Shown here piece after piece: positions 19,491 to 29,395 of a DNA stretch of 64,000 nt. How positions within the stretch are numbered: the first letter of the stretch is position 1; every line of letters begins with the position of its first letter. Below the pieces are notes generated by a model that was not told the origin of the DNA, did no database searches, and worked only from the letters and a program-made list of their open reading frames with translations. Source of the stretch: Clostridium sp. CAG:302 (GTDB lineage Bacteria > Bacillota_I > Bacilli_A > RF39 > UBA660); contig FR887372.1 of NCBI GenBank assembly GCA_000431795.1, forward strand, positions 3,087 to 67,086. Direction: 5' to 3'. The position numbers and the translations under genes were made by a program.

Positions 19491-20161
19491 TTCTTTATTT
19501 TCTTTTTAACTAAATTATATACATCATTATGTATATCTTCAATACTACGCATATTAGTACCATCAGTACATTCAATAAAATCCCAATTATATTTTTTAGC
19601 TATATATATTGAAGTATCAGATACTTTTTTCATAAATTCTAAATCTCTTTCATGAATATCATTCTTTATTCCATCATTATCTTTTCTTTTATCTTTTAGA
19701 TTTCGTGTTATTTCAAATGGTGCATGAAGGAAGATTACCAAATCAGGTTCAGGTATACCAAGTTTATGATATTCATAATCATAAACATAGTCTATAAATG
19801 CTTCTCTTTCTTTAACATCATTAATAACTGATGATTGATATATTAATGATGAAGTAGTATATCTATCTAATACTATTAGTTTCCCTTTATCATATTCACT
19901 TTTTAAACCCGTAACCCAAGTAATAGCTCTATCTTGAGCATATAGACTATTTACAAAGTAAGGTGATAATTCTGAATGATTACCAAAATTACCTTTAAGA
20001 TATTCTTCAACCGGTCTACCTTGATATGTTCCATAACTAGGAAAGTGATGTGAAGTAATATCATACTCTTTTTCATTAATTAATCTATCTATAAGTAGTT
20101 TATATTGAGTACTTTTTCCTACCCCGTCACAAGAGCCTTCAATTACTATTAATTTACCCAT
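19487..20161 (-). CDS. Thymidylate (dNMP) kinase family protein
   Basis: P-loop IEGSCDGVGKST and LDRYTTSSLIYQS (the DRY..S..YQ motif of TMK-type kinases). The 224-aa length is consistent with that family. Confidence 0.6.
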   Translation of the reverse strand: MGKLIVIEGSCDGVGKSTQYKLLIDRLINEKEYDITSHHFPSYGTYQGRPVEEYLKGNFGNHSELSPYFVNSLYAQDRAITWVTGLKSEYDKGKLIVLDRYTTSSLIYQSSVINDVKEREAFIDYVYDYEYHKLGIPEPDLVIFLHAPFEITRNLKDKRKDNDGIKNDIHERDLEFMKKVSDTSIYIAKKYNWDFIECTDGTNMRSIEDIHNDVYNLVKKKIKK

Positions 20162-20661
20162 TATTTCATCCTCTTTCTTACATAAATATTTCTTTCATAA
20201 GGAATATTTTCATCCATATAATCTGCAATCTTAATACTATCCCACTGTCTAAAGTCGACATAAGGAAAATAAGCATCAGCGATAAATTCTTTGTATAATT
20301 CTGTTAAATACATAACATCTACATAAGGTAGAAACTCTTTATATACTTTTGCTCCTCCAACAACCATAAAGTCATCAGAACTATTTTCTATCATTCTTAA
20401 TAAATTTTCTATATTATTATAACAAATAACATCAGCATATCTATCTATATCTTTACTACTTAGTACTATTGGGTTTCTTCCTTTAAGAGCATTTACTGGC
20501 ATACTTTCAAAAGTGTTCCTACCCATAATAATATTTTTACCCATAGTCATTTTTTTGTAAAAAGTTAAATCTTCAGGTATGTGCCATAATAATCTATTAT
20601 CAAGTCCTAATTCATTATTATAACCAACTGCGGCAATTAAAGCTAAATTCTTCATATTCAT
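20161..20661 (-). CDS. folA: Dihydrofolate reductase
   Basis: The 166-aa product reads LIAAVGYNNELGLDNRLLWHIPEDLTFYKKMTMGKNIIMGRNTFESMP, matching the DHFR consensus. Confidence 0.85.
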   Translation of the reverse strand: MNMKNLALIAAVGYNNELGLDNRLLWHIPEDLTFYKKMTMGKNIIMGRNTFESMPVNALKGRNPIVLSSKDIDRYADVICYNNIENLLRMIENSSDDFMVVGGAKVYKEFLPYVDVMYLTELYKEFIADAYFPYVDFRQWDSIKIADYMDENIPYERNIYVRKRMK

Positions 20662-20667
20662 TCCCCC

Positions 20668-21831
20668 TTATTGTGCTATAGGCATTGGTATCTTACCCAT
20701 ATGCTTATATTTTACTAGTTTAACATCACTTAATTCTTTTGAATTATCAAAATCAAAGAAATCAGTAACTTCTTTATTAAGAATAAGTTCTGGAGTACTA
20801 GGATCTAATAACATATCAATTATTTTATTATCAGAATCTAATATTTGATATTCTTTGCTTTTTTTATCTAAGTTCTTCATTTGAAGTAAATTACCTCTTT
20901 CTTCACATAGTAATTCTAACTCACTCTTATCTTTTAAATATTCATAAGTTTCTGCTCTTCTAAGTTGTTCTTTTATACCATCTAACTGATTTACATAAAT
21001 ATGTGGTTCATTGATAGAATAAGATACAAAACCTGGTTCTAAATCTGTTACTTGTGCAATCATTTTTAACAATGTAGCATATTGTGTTACATTAAATGGA
21101 AGTCCTAATGGTACATCACAGCTTCTTTGATGTACTTCTAAGTTTAATGTATCTTTATATATATTCCATTCAGTACTCCAAACACAAGATGGAAGAACTG
21201 CTGTTCTTAAGAACTCATTTTGCCATAAGCTAAAGACTTTTCTTCTAGCAGTAGGACAATTCTTAATAGAGTTAATTAAAGATCTTGCCATATCATATCT
21301 TTTAGTAATATAACCATAAGCAGTACCTATAGTACCAGCATATCCTTTGCCATACCATTTAGCAGCTTTAATATTTTTACCAGGTATTCTACTTTTTGCA
21401 GTCATTAGTTTACCTTCGTCATTATATTTAGGCTCAAAAGAAGTATATTCACCAAACGGATCGCTAAGTGGTACACTAAGTGGGTCCATAACAATTACTT
21501 CCTTATCAGGATTATAATCTTTTGTATTTGGTTCATATATTCTATATATACCATCATCGTCTACTATCCATTCATCCCATATTTTAACATTTCTCTCATG
21601 TAACCATTCCACATCATTAGAACTTGCTTGCCATATCCATAACATTTCTAATATAGCATTTTTATAAAATGTTTGCTTAGTAGATAAAATAGGATATTCA
21701 TCTCTTAAATCAAACTTAAAGTAATGTTCTGGTAATTTAACAGTATTAATACCAGTTCTATTTTCTACTTCTTCCCCTTCTTTTAATATCCTCTTTAATA
21801 ATTTAATATATTCTTCATCAAAATAAGTCAT
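20668..21831 (-). CDS. thyA: Thymidylate synthase (ThyA family), divergent with large insertions
   Basis: Conserved TS blocks are present (NRTGINT, EMLWIWQ..NVKIWDEW, QRSCDVPLGLPFNVTQYATLL, PHIYVNQ, C-terminal KIPMPIAQ). An insertion of about 70 aa follows IWDEW, and one of about 85 aa lies near the C-terminus. The active-site region reads LPSCVWSTEW instead of LPPCH..FQFYV. Confidence 0.75.
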   Translation of the reverse strand: MTYFDEEYIKLLKRILKEGEEVENRTGINTVKLPEHYFKFDLRDEYPILSTKQTFYKNAILEMLWIWQASSNDVEWLHERNVKIWDEWIVDDDGIYRIYEPNTKDYNPDKEVIVMDPLSVPLSDPFGEYTSFEPKYNDEGKLMTAKSRIPGKNIKAAKWYGKGYAGTIGTAYGYITKRYDMARSLINSIKNCPTARRKVFSLWQNEFLRTAVLPSCVWSTEWNIYKDTLNLEVHQRSCDVPLGLPFNVTQYATLLKMIAQVTDLEPGFVSYSINEPHIYVNQLDGIKEQLRRAETYEYLKDKSELELLCEERGNLLQMKNLDKKSKEYQILDSDNKIIDMLLDPSTPELILNKEVTDFFDFDNSKELSDVKLVKYKHMGKIPMPIAQ

Positions 21832-21928
21832 AGTATTTTTACCTCCTGATTATCGCTAAATTAATAATATCATACTATAACTAATAAATCAATATTGTTT
21901 ACTTTTTGTTTACAATGTATTACATAGA

Positions 21929-21955
21929 AAAAACAGACTAAATTAGCCTGTTTAT
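21929..21955. repeat. 27-bp direct repeat / terminator hairpin, copy 1 (flanks the TA module)
   Basis: aaaaacagactaaattagcctgtttat is identical at 22648-22674. It forms a hairpin AACAGaCUAA/UUAGcCUGUU followed by U-rich sequence. Confidence 0.8.
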
Positions 21956-21967
21956 CATATATAATTC

Positions 21968-22258
21968 TTAAAATACTTCACTATGACTTCCAATATTTAC
22001 TAATAAGAGAATTAATTCGTTTTCGTTGTACTTGTATATTAGTAACCAATCAGGATCAATGTGGCACTCAAAGCAATCAATATAGTATTTATCATTAACA
22101 AGTTTATGATTTTTAAATTTTCGCTCCAATTTTTCCATATTTGCTAACTTGTCAACAATATCTAATAATTTATTAATATCTTTTCCTTGCTTTAATGATT
22201 TTTTTAATCCTTTTTTAAATTGGTTAGAATACTGAACATCATATTTATAGTTATTCAT
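21968..22258 (-). CDS. yafQ: Type II toxin, YafQ/RelE family mRNA interferase
   Basis: The 96-aa product carries ...CHIDPDWLLIYKY...NIGSHSEVF, matching E. coli YafQ motifs (HVEPDWILIYK...RTGTHAALF). Confidence 0.8.
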   Translation of the reverse strand: MNNYKYDVQYSNQFKKGLKKSLKQGKDINKLLDIVDKLANMEKLERKFKNHKLVNDKYYIDCFECHIDPDWLLIYKYNENELILLLVNIGSHSEVF

Positions 22259-22541
22259 TATCTGATAGTAATGCTTTCTTTAAATCTTCTCTATTAGTAT
22301 AACGCGGATAATCATTTGGACGTGATATCATTTCTTTTACTTCTTGAACTGCTTTTAACATTTCTTCATTCGGTTTATTGTTTACGATTTCAAATGGTAT
22401 GCCATCTCTTTTTATTACCTGTTTTAAAAATATGTTAATTGCAGTACTCATACTTAAGCCTAGGTTATTTAAAATATCTGTGGCTTGTTTTTTGGTATCA
22501 CTATCAACTTGAATATTTATAGCACTGGTTAAATTTGCCAT
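22251..22541 (-). CDS. dinJ: Type II antitoxin, DinJ/RelB family
   Basis: MANLTSAINIQVDSDTKKQATDILNNLGLSMSTAINIFLKQVIKRDGIPFEI reads as a RelB/DinJ ribbon-helix-helix. It overlaps the toxin start. The RBS GGGAGA precedes the ATG at 22541. Confidence 0.75.
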   Translation of the reverse strand: MANLTSAINIQVDSDTKKQATDILNNLGLSMSTAINIFLKQVIKRDGIPFEIVNNKPNEEMLKAVQEVKEMISRPNDYPRYTNREDLKKALLSDNE

Positions 22542-22647
22542 AGTATCATCTCCCAATATTAATTTTAGCACAATAAGTAGTAAAAGTCAATATACTTACT
22601 ACAATATTACTACATATATTGTATGTGCAAAGTGAATTTTTATACAC

Positions 22648-22674
22648 AAAAACAGACTAAATTAGCCTGTTTAT
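22648..22674. repeat. 27-bp direct repeat / terminator hairpin, copy 2
   Basis: Identical to 21929-21955. It sits at the 3' end of glmS. Confidence 0.8.
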
Positions 22675-24441
22675 TTATTCTACCGTTACAGATTTAGCAA
22701 GGTTTCTAGGTTTATCGATATCACAACCTTTTAATTTAGCTATATTATAAGCAAGTAATTGCATAGGTATTATTGCCATTAATGGATTTAAAACCTCATT
22801 ATAATCATCTAATAATATTTTATACTTAGAAAAATCATCATCTTTAATATTGGTAATAGTTACAATATTTGCTCCACGAGACTCTACTTCTTTTAGATTG
22901 CTAATAGTTTTTTCACTAATTTCTTTATCAGTAACTACTGCGATTACACCAAAGTCTTTATCTATCAAAGATATACTACCATGTTTTAATTCTCCTGCTT
23001 GAAAGGCTTCACTATGTATATAAGATATTTCTTTTAGTTTAAGACTACCTTCCATAGCCAAGTAATAATCTACTAATCTACCTAAATAGAAGATATTCGT
23101 TTTATTAACCATTATTTTAGATATTTCTTCATAATTATATTCATTAATATATTTAGTAAATATATTAGGAAGTAGTTTTAAACTATTAATAGTTTCTTCT
23201 TCAATACTACTACCTTTAATAGCTAAAAATAATAGTACTAATACTTGGGCTAGATATGCTTTAGTGGTAGCTACTGCTACTTCAATACCAGCCTCAGTAT
23301 ATATAACATATTTAGCTTCCCTTGCTATTGAAGATTCATGTCTATTTACTATAGCTAAAGTATCAATATTATTCTCTTTAGCTAATTTTAATGATGCTAA
23401 TGTATCAGCAGTCTCACCTGACTGTGATATAAGTATAACTAAAGTATCTTTATCAAAGAAATTAGTTTGATATCTATATTCTGATGCAAAGTATACATTA
23501 ACTCTAATATTAGCAAATTTTTCAATATAATATTTACCAAGTTGTCCTGCAAAAGAAGCACTACCACAAGCAACAATATCAATATTTTTATATTTCTTTA
23601 TATCAAAGATATCTTTTACTTTGTTATTTTCAGTATATAAATTAAGTAATTTCTTTACAAGTTCTGGTTCTTCATTAATTTCTTTTAACATAAAATGATC
23701 ATAGCCATTCTTACTAATAGTTTCCTTTTCTAAAGGAAATTCTTTTACTGTCTTTTGTATTTCTTTCCCTGCTCTATTATAATACTTAACGTTATCTTTA
23801 GTTAAATATACTACGTCGTAATTATCAAGTACTACATATTTATTAGTTATATGCACAATAGCGGGTATATCACTAGCAAGAACATTTTCATTCTCTCCAA
23901 TGCCTACGATTAAAGGACTATCTTTTCTAATACCAAAGATAATATCTTTATAATCATCATTTATAATATTAAAAGCATAACTACCTTTAAGAATATGAGT
24001 AATTTTATTTAATACTTTAATCATATCTTTCTCTTTATTATAGACATCATCTATAACAGCAGCAGCTACTTCAGTATCAGTACCAGACTTAAATACATAT
24101 CCTTTCTTTGTTAGTTCTTTTTTCAACTCATCATAATTTTCAATAATTCCATTATGTACTAATGTTATTTTACCCTGTCTATGAGGATGAGCATTTATAT
24201 CATTAGCCTCTCCATGAGTAGCCCATCTAGTATGAGATATACCAATATTAGTATCCTCATCATAATTTATATTTTCTTCAAGATTCTTAATAGGGCCTTC
24301 CTTTTTAATTATCTTGATTTCATCATCTTTTATATAAGCAATACCTGCCGAATCATAACCTCTATATTCTAAAGATTTTAAACCTGTAAGTATTTTATTT
24401 AACGCTTTTTTATTTCCTGCATAACCTACGATGCCACACAT
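22675..24441 (-). CDS. glmS: Glutamine--fructose-6-phosphate aminotransferase
   Basis: The 588-aa product starts MCGIVGY and has two SIS domains. Confidence 0.9.
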   Translation of the reverse strand: MCGIVGYAGNKKALNKILTGLKSLEYRGYDSAGIAYIKDDEIKIIKKEGPIKNLEENINYDEDTNIGISHTRWATHGEANDINAHPHRQGKITLVHNGIIENYDELKKELTKKGYVFKSGTDTEVAAAVIDDVYNKEKDMIKVLNKITHILKGSYAFNIINDDYKDIIFGIRKDSPLIVGIGENENVLASDIPAIVHITNKYVVLDNYDVVYLTKDNVKYYNRAGKEIQKTVKEFPLEKETISKNGYDHFMLKEINEEPELVKKLLNLYTENNKVKDIFDIKKYKNIDIVACGSASFAGQLGKYYIEKFANIRVNVYFASEYRYQTNFFDKDTLVILISQSGETADTLASLKLAKENNIDTLAIVNRHESSIAREAKYVIYTEAGIEVAVATTKAYLAQVLVLLFLAIKGSSIEEETINSLKLLPNIFTKYINEYNYEEISKIMVNKTNIFYLGRLVDYYLAMEGSLKLKEISYIHSEAFQAGELKHGSISLIDKDFGVIAVVTDKEISEKTISNLKEVESRGANIVTITNIKDDDFSKYKILLDDYNEVLNPLMAIIPMQLLAYNIAKLKGCDIDKPRNLAKSVTVE

Positions 24442-24464
24442 AATTTTTAACCTCCTCTTATATA

Positions 24465-24600
24465 TGATTATTATCTTGTTACAATTTTGATTTTGTTTTT
24501 TTATAATAATCTAATGAGCATATACACCCAATGTAGTATCCGCCGAAAACTCGATAACTACATACCTCGTTAACTATTTCTAGTCTGGCGCTAATTTATA
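24465..24600 (-). ncRNA. glmS ribozyme (GlcN6P-responsive self-cleaving leader)
   Basis: Minus strand reads AGCGCCAGACUAGAAAUAGUUAACGAGGUAUGUAGUUAUCGAGUUUUCGGCGGAUACUACAUUGGG, matching the glmS ribozyme core (AGCGCCAGAACU...GACGAGGAUGG.GGUUAUCGAAUUUUCGGCGGAUGCC). It is followed by RBS AAGAGGAGG and the glmS ATG. Confidence 0.85.
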
Positions 24601-24691
24601 TTTTCTTCTCCCTTCTATAATATAAACTTTATTACATTATATCAGAATATTAAAAACGTGTAAACATCTGTAGTTACAATTAACTATTGGT

Positions 24692-25354
24692 TTACACATT
24701 TCTATCCTCAAAAAAGTGTAGTAAATTGGGATGTTTAACTAATTTTTTAGTAACATGACTAGGTAAATTATCTACATCAGGATTAAATAAATCCATCATT
24801 TTACCGATACTATTGGGAATATATTTAGTTATTAAAATGTTATATAAAGCATTCCTATATGCTCCTTTAAAACATCTACATAGTTCTTCTTTATTTAATT
24901 CTATTAATTTATTTCTACTAAGGGTAGACTTTTTATAATTATCAAAATCAATTACCTTAATACCATTCTTACCAAATATTATATTACTAAAGTTCATATC
25001 ACCAATTAATATACTATTTTCTGATAATATTATAACATCTCTATATATCTTTATAAAACTATCTATAATATAGTATGTATCTATATTTAGAATATCTTCG
25101 ATAAATGGTTCATAATACTCCATAGTATAACTAGTTATTTGACCTCTTATAGTATTAAATACATAATCATATAATTTAACTAAAGACTCTAAATCTAAAC
25201 TCTTAATAGTATTAAATACCCATTCATCTATAACATGATCTTTAATAGTGGTCATAGTATATTCTTCATATACTTTTTGACATATTTTGTTATCAATATT
25301 TTTTACACTAGCGTGTGTACCCCACATTATACTCTCATCATATAAATTTTTCAT
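24692..25354 (-). CDS. Kinase-like protein (APH/CotS-type fold, atypical motifs)
   Basis: IGDMNFSNIIFGKNGIKVIDFDNY resembles the HGDxxxxN...IDF catalytic/Mg-binding loop of the aminoglycoside-phosphotransferase/CotS spore-kinase family. Confidence 0.4.
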   Translation of the reverse strand: MKNLYDESIMWGTHASVKNIDNKICQKVYEEYTMTTIKDHVIDEWVFNTIKSLDLESLVKLYDYVFNTIRGQITSYTMEYYEPFIEDILNIDTYYIIDSFIKIYRDVIILSENSILIGDMNFSNIIFGKNGIKVIDFDNYKKSTLSRNKLIELNKEELCRCFKGAYRNALYNILITKYIPNSIGKMMDLFNPDVDNLPSHVTKKLVKHPNLLHFFEDRNV

Positions 25355-26147
25355 AAGTCTGCTCCTTATTTTTAATTAAATAATATTCTTCTTTATTTAA
25401 AGGTAGCCCTTTTATTAATCTTTCCTCTAGTGAAAGACTTCTCTTTGTTTTCATTAATATTTTATTAGTATTATTTCTAGTAATAGGAATACCACTATAT
25501 GATATCTTACCTCCAGTAATAGTTAAAAGTTCCAATAAAGGACAACTATTCTTTGAATAATATTCTTTTATTAATCTATTATATTTGCTATTAAAAACAT
25601 TTATAATATATCTAGTAGTAATCTCAGACATATCTAAGAATGTTCTTATTTTATTACAACTAATTATATTAGCCTCTCTTTCTATAGAAAATAAATCATG
25701 ATGTTTTTTATATACACTAGGATATACTTCTATCGCAATATTATTGATCTCAATTAGTTTTCTTTCAAAACTATCTTGAGGTAAAGTATTAGCCTTTTTA
25801 TTTTGAATAACATGTTCTATCTCGTGAAAGATAACTTCTAATACACTTAAACATATAAATAAGTATTTATCAAAATAATCAGAACTAGTATCATATATTC
25901 TTTTATGTATTTTATAGATATCAGAATAATCTTTAATCATTTTGTTTATATTAAACTTTAATATTCTGCTTTCATAAAAGTAAGAGGCTAAGGCTATATT
26001 TTGATAATTATAATCTATATCTTTTACATACTCTATTAGCTTTTCTTCTTTAATTATTATACTTATAATACTATCTATAAAATTATCATCAGGTACTTTT
26101 TTATTAATGGTATAAGTATAGATAATATTCAATAGTTCTTCATACAT
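25338..26147 (-). CDS. HExxH-motif protein, paralog 1 (putative metallopeptidase-like)
   Basis: The 269-aa product has a conserved N-terminus (ELLNIIYTY) and FHEIEHVIQ. It is a paralog of 26163-26960. Confidence 0.45.
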   Translation of the reverse strand: MYEELLNIIYTYTINKKVPDDNFIDSIISIIIKEEKLIEYVKDIDYNYQNIALASYFYESRILKFNINKMIKDYSDIYKIHKRIYDTSSDYFDKYLFICLSVLEVIFHEIEHVIQNKKANTLPQDSFERKLIEINNIAIEVYPSVYKKHHDLFSIEREANIISCNKIRTFLDMSEITTRYIINVFNSKYNRLIKEYYSKNSCPLLELLTITGGKISYSGIPITRNNTNKILMKTKRSLSLEERLIKGLPLNKEEYYLIKNKEQTYEKFI

Positions 26148-26162
26148 AATACTACTCCTATA

Positions 26163-26960
26163 TCATTTACTATTTATTTTAGTTAATTCTTTTTTAGTAA
26201 TAGGTAAACCAAATAATATTCTATTATCAAGAGAAACTTCATTCTTAACCCTTCTTAATAATTTTTTACTATTTTCTTTATTAATTAAAATATCTTCATA
26301 ATATAGATGAATTCCAGAAATATTAATATATTCAAGTAATGGTATATTTTTATGTATATAATAATTGGTAATAAACCAATTATATTCTTTAACAAAAACT
26401 TCATTTATAAATAAAGAAAAAGCACCATCTATTTTTAATATTTCTATTAGTTTACTAGTACTATTTATAATAGCCATTCTTTCCGTAGGAAATAAGTCAT
26501 GCTCTTTTCTATAAAAATCAGGATTAATAGATATTATATCAAGACTATTTTGAATTAAACTTTTTTCAAAAGTATTTCCATTAGTAGTTTCTAATGTCTT
26601 TATTTGTTTTGCATGTTCTAATTCGTGTAATATAGTTAAAATAAACATTAAAGATAAACAAATATATTCTTCTAAATCACTTATATTTATTATTGGTTCA
26701 TAAGAATTTTTATAAAAATTAAAACTTTTTTTAGCATATTCGAGTATATTAGCAACATTAAATCTTAGTGTTTTAGAGGTAAACCCATATGCAGCATTAT
26801 AATCATAATTATAATCTATTTCCTTAATATATTCTCTTAAATTATCTTTATTAATAGCTATATCTAAAACATCCTCTAGAAAATGTTTATCTGGTTCTTT
26901 ATAATTAAAAACATAAGTATAGATAATATTTAATAATTCTGTATACATAACATCCTCCAA
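26163..26960 (-). CDS. HExxH-motif protein, paralog 2
   Basis: The 265-aa product shares TELLNIIYTYVFN and LHELEHAKQ. It is a tandem paralog of the previous gene. Confidence 0.45.
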   Translation of the reverse strand: MEDVMYTELLNIIYTYVFNYKEPDKHFLEDVLDIAINKDNLREYIKEIDYNYDYNAAYGFTSKTLRFNVANILEYAKKSFNFYKNSYEPIINISDLEEYICLSLMFILTILHELEHAKQIKTLETTNGNTFEKSLIQNSLDIISINPDFYRKEHDLFPTERMAIINSTSKLIEILKIDGAFSLFINEVFVKEYNWFITNYYIHKNIPLLEYINISGIHLYYEDILINKENSKKLLRRVKNEVSLDNRILFGLPITKKELTKINSK

Positions 26961-27049
26961 GTATCTAATATACTATCATAAAAGTTCTAAATAGTAAAGA
27001 AAAAACACCTATATAAATGTTAGTTTTTTTATTAATTATATATAATTAT

Positions 27050-27102
27050 CATAACATAGACCCTAGGCTATGTTATGCCTCTTAAGACCTTGGCTTAAGA
27101 GG
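27050..27102. repeat. Double-hairpin repeat element, copy 2 (downstream of rplQ)
   Basis: cataacatag-accctagg-ctatgttatg followed by cctcttaag-accttgg-cttaagagg. Confidence 0.8.
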
Positions 27103-27145
27103 AAAGAAAAAGAGATACCTAAATTAATAGATATCTCTTTATATA

Positions 27146-27487
27146 TTAAACTAGTTCTAAAATAACTTCTAGAGCAGAGTCTCCTTTTCTTTCAGTCATC
27201 TTAATAATTCTAGTATAACCACCATTTCTATCTTTATATTTAACTGCTAAATCATTAAATACTTTATCAACGGCTTTCTTATCATTATGTAAAAATGCAA
27301 GGGCAAGTCTTCTTGATACTAAAGTACCTTTTTTACCATAAGTTACCATTTTATCAAAACTCTTTCTAACTTCTTTAGCTCTAGTTTCAGTAGTAACTAT
27401 TCTTTCATTTTCAATTAGTTGTTTAGTTAAAGTAGCTAACATACTTCTTCTATGTTTATTATCTCTACCTAATTTTCTATATGCCAT
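27146..27487 (-). CDS. rplQ: 50S ribosomal protein L17
   Basis: The 113-aa product begins [21 protein letters not shown]... Confidence 0.9.
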   Translation of the reverse strand: MAYRKLGRDNKHRRSMLATLTKQLIENERIVTTETRAKEVRKSFDKMVTYGKKGTLVSRRLALAFLHNDKKAVDKVFNDLAVKYKDRNGGYTRIIKMTERKGDSALEVILELV

Positions 27488-27501
27488 AATTACCTCCTCT
27501 A

Positions 27502-28464
27502 TTAATTTTCATCTTTAAATGTAAGACCCATGTCTTTAACTTTATCCATTACTTCTTTTAATGACTTCTTACCAAGATTTCTAATCTTCATCATTTCATT
27601 TTCAGTCTTATCAACTAAATCTTTTAAAGTAAGAATATTAGCTCTCTTTAAGCAATTATATGCTCTTACAGAGAAATCTAAATCATCAATAGAAGTCTCT
27701 AATATCTTAACAGCAGGGTCTTCACTCTTAGATATCATAAGTCCTGTTTCATCTGCAATTGAGTTAAGTTCAGTTAATACTTCAAAATGCTCAATTAAGA
27801 TTCTAGCAGCTAGTGCTAAAGCCTCTTCTGGAGTAATTGAACCATTAGTCCAAACTTCAAGAATTAATTTATCATAATTATTATTTTGACCTACTCTAGC
27901 ATTTTCTACTTCATAGTTAATTCTTTCAATAGGAGAATATAAACTATCAATAGCAATTGCTCCTACTTTAGTCTTATTATTTTGAGCAAGTATCTTCTTA
28001 TTATCTTCTGCTACTATATATCCTCTTCCTGATCCAATAGTCATTTCCATATTTAATTTTCCACCTTCAACAAGTGTAGCAATTACATGGTCAGGATTTA
28101 ATATCTCTATATCAGCATCAGCTTCGATATCACCAGCAGTAACTACTCCTGGAGTATCTTTTTTAAGTCTTAATATTTTATCATCATCTTTAGAATGATT
28201 TTTAAGTACAATTCCCTTTAAATTTAATACGATAGCAGTAACATCTTCGATAACTCCATCAATCTTTTGAAATTCATGAGCTACTCCATCTATTTTAACT
28301 GAAGTTATAGCATCACCAGGAAGTGATGATAACATAACTCTTCTAAGTGCATTACCTAAAGTTGTTCCAAATCCTCTTTCTAGTGGTTCAAGTTCAAATT
28401 TACCATAGAAAGAATCCTTTACATATTCTTTTACCTTATAATCTGGTTTTTCAAATTTTAACAT
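27502..28464 (-). CDS. rpoA: DNA-directed RNA polymerase subunit alpha
   Basis: The 320-aa product shows the typical RpoA N-terminal domain and alpha-CTD. Confidence 0.9.
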   Translation of the reverse strand: MLKFEKPDYKVKEYVKDSFYGKFELEPLERGFGTTLGNALRRVMLSSLPGDAITSVKIDGVAHEFQKIDGVIEDVTAIVLNLKGIVLKNHSKDDDKILRLKKDTPGVVTAGDIEADADIEILNPDHVIATLVEGGKLNMEMTIGSGRGYIVAEDNKKILAQNNKTKVGAIAIDSLYSPIERINYEVENARVGQNNNYDKLILEVWTNGSITPEEALALAARILIEHFEVLTELNSIADETGLMISKSEDPAVKILETSIDDLDFSVRAYNCLKRANILTLKDLVDKTENEMMKIRNLGKKSLKEVMDKVKDMGLTFKDEN

Positions 28465-28485
28465 TAGACACGCTTCCTTTCTTTA

Positions 28486-28872
28486 TTATCCACGTCTTCT
28501 TTTTGGTGGACGACAACCATTATGTGGAATTGGTGTTACATCAGTTATTGATTCTATTTCTAATCCAGCAGTTTGTAATGATCTAATTGCAGCTTCTCTT
28601 CCAGAGCCTAAGCCTTTTACTTCTACTTTTACTTTCTTCATACCTGCAGCTACTGCATCTCTTCCAGCAGCTTCAGCAGACATACCAGCAGCAAATGGAG
28701 TAGATTTCTTACTACCTTTTACTCCTTGTTTTCCAGAAGAAGCCCAGCTTACAACATTTCCTTCTAAGTCAGTAATAGTTACGATTGTGTTGTTGAATGT
28801 TGAATGAATATGAGCTATACCAGCAGGAATATTCTTTTTAGTTTTTCTTTTTCTTGAATTATATTTTCCCAT
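28486..28872 (-). CDS. rpsK: 30S ribosomal protein S11
   Basis: The product contains ...[18 protein letters not shown]... Confidence 0.9.
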   Translation of the reverse strand: MGKYNSRKRKTKKNIPAGIAHIHSTFNNTIVTITDLEGNVVSWASSGKQGVKGSKKSTPFAAGMSAEAAGRDAVAAGMKKVKVEVKGLGSGREAAIRSLQTAGLEIESITDVTPIPHNGCRPPKRRRG

Positions 28873-28885
28873 ATTTTCCTCCTAA

Positions 28886-29251
28886 TTATTTTTTCTTATT
28901 AGCAACAACTTTTCCTTTACCCTTACGAGTTCTAGCATTTCTACTAGTTCTTTGTCCTCTTACTGGTAAATTCTTTTTATGTCTTGTACCTTGATAAGAA
29001 TTAATTTCCATCTTAGTTTTAATATTTAAGTTAATTTCTCTTCTTAAATCGCCTTCAGTTAAGTATTTATCTACTTCTTTTCTAATTCTAGAAAGTTCAT
29101 CATCAGTTAAATCCTTAGCTTTTTTATTTAAGTCAACTTTAGCATCATTAAGAATTGTTTTAGATAATTGTCTTCCAATACCATAAATGTATGTAAGAGA
29201 TATCTCAATTCTTTTGTCGTTAGGTATATCTACACCTTTAATTCTTGCCAT
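28886..29251 (-). CDS. rpsM: 30S ribosomal protein S13
   Basis: The product begins [26 protein letters not shown]... Confidence 0.9.
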   Translation of the reverse strand: MARIKGVDIPNDKRIEISLTYIYGIGRQLSKTILNDAKVDLNKKAKDLTDDELSRIRKEVDKYLTEGDLRREINLNIKTKMEINSYQGTRHKKNLPVRGQRTSRNARTRKGKGKVVANKKK

Positions 29252-29269
29252 ATTATTATTTCCTCCCTA

Positions 29270-29383
29270 TTAACCTTGTTTTTGTTTGTGTTTTGGATTT
29301 TCACAAATAACCATTACTTTACCTTTTCTTTTAATAATTTTACATTTGTCGCATATTTTCTTTACGGATGCTCTTACTTTCAT
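29270..29383 (-). CDS. rpmJ: 50S ribosomal protein L36
   Basis: Unlisted small ORF; the reverse complement encodes [37 protein letters not shown] (37 aa). Confidence 0.8.
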   Translation of the reverse strand: MKVRASVKKICDKCKIIKRKGKVMVICENPKHKQKQG

Positions 29384-29395
29384 TATTCATCCCTC

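Noticed and set aside
23264-24372. Plus-strand ORFs 23264-23470 and 24181-24372
   Set aside because: They are antisense within glmS.
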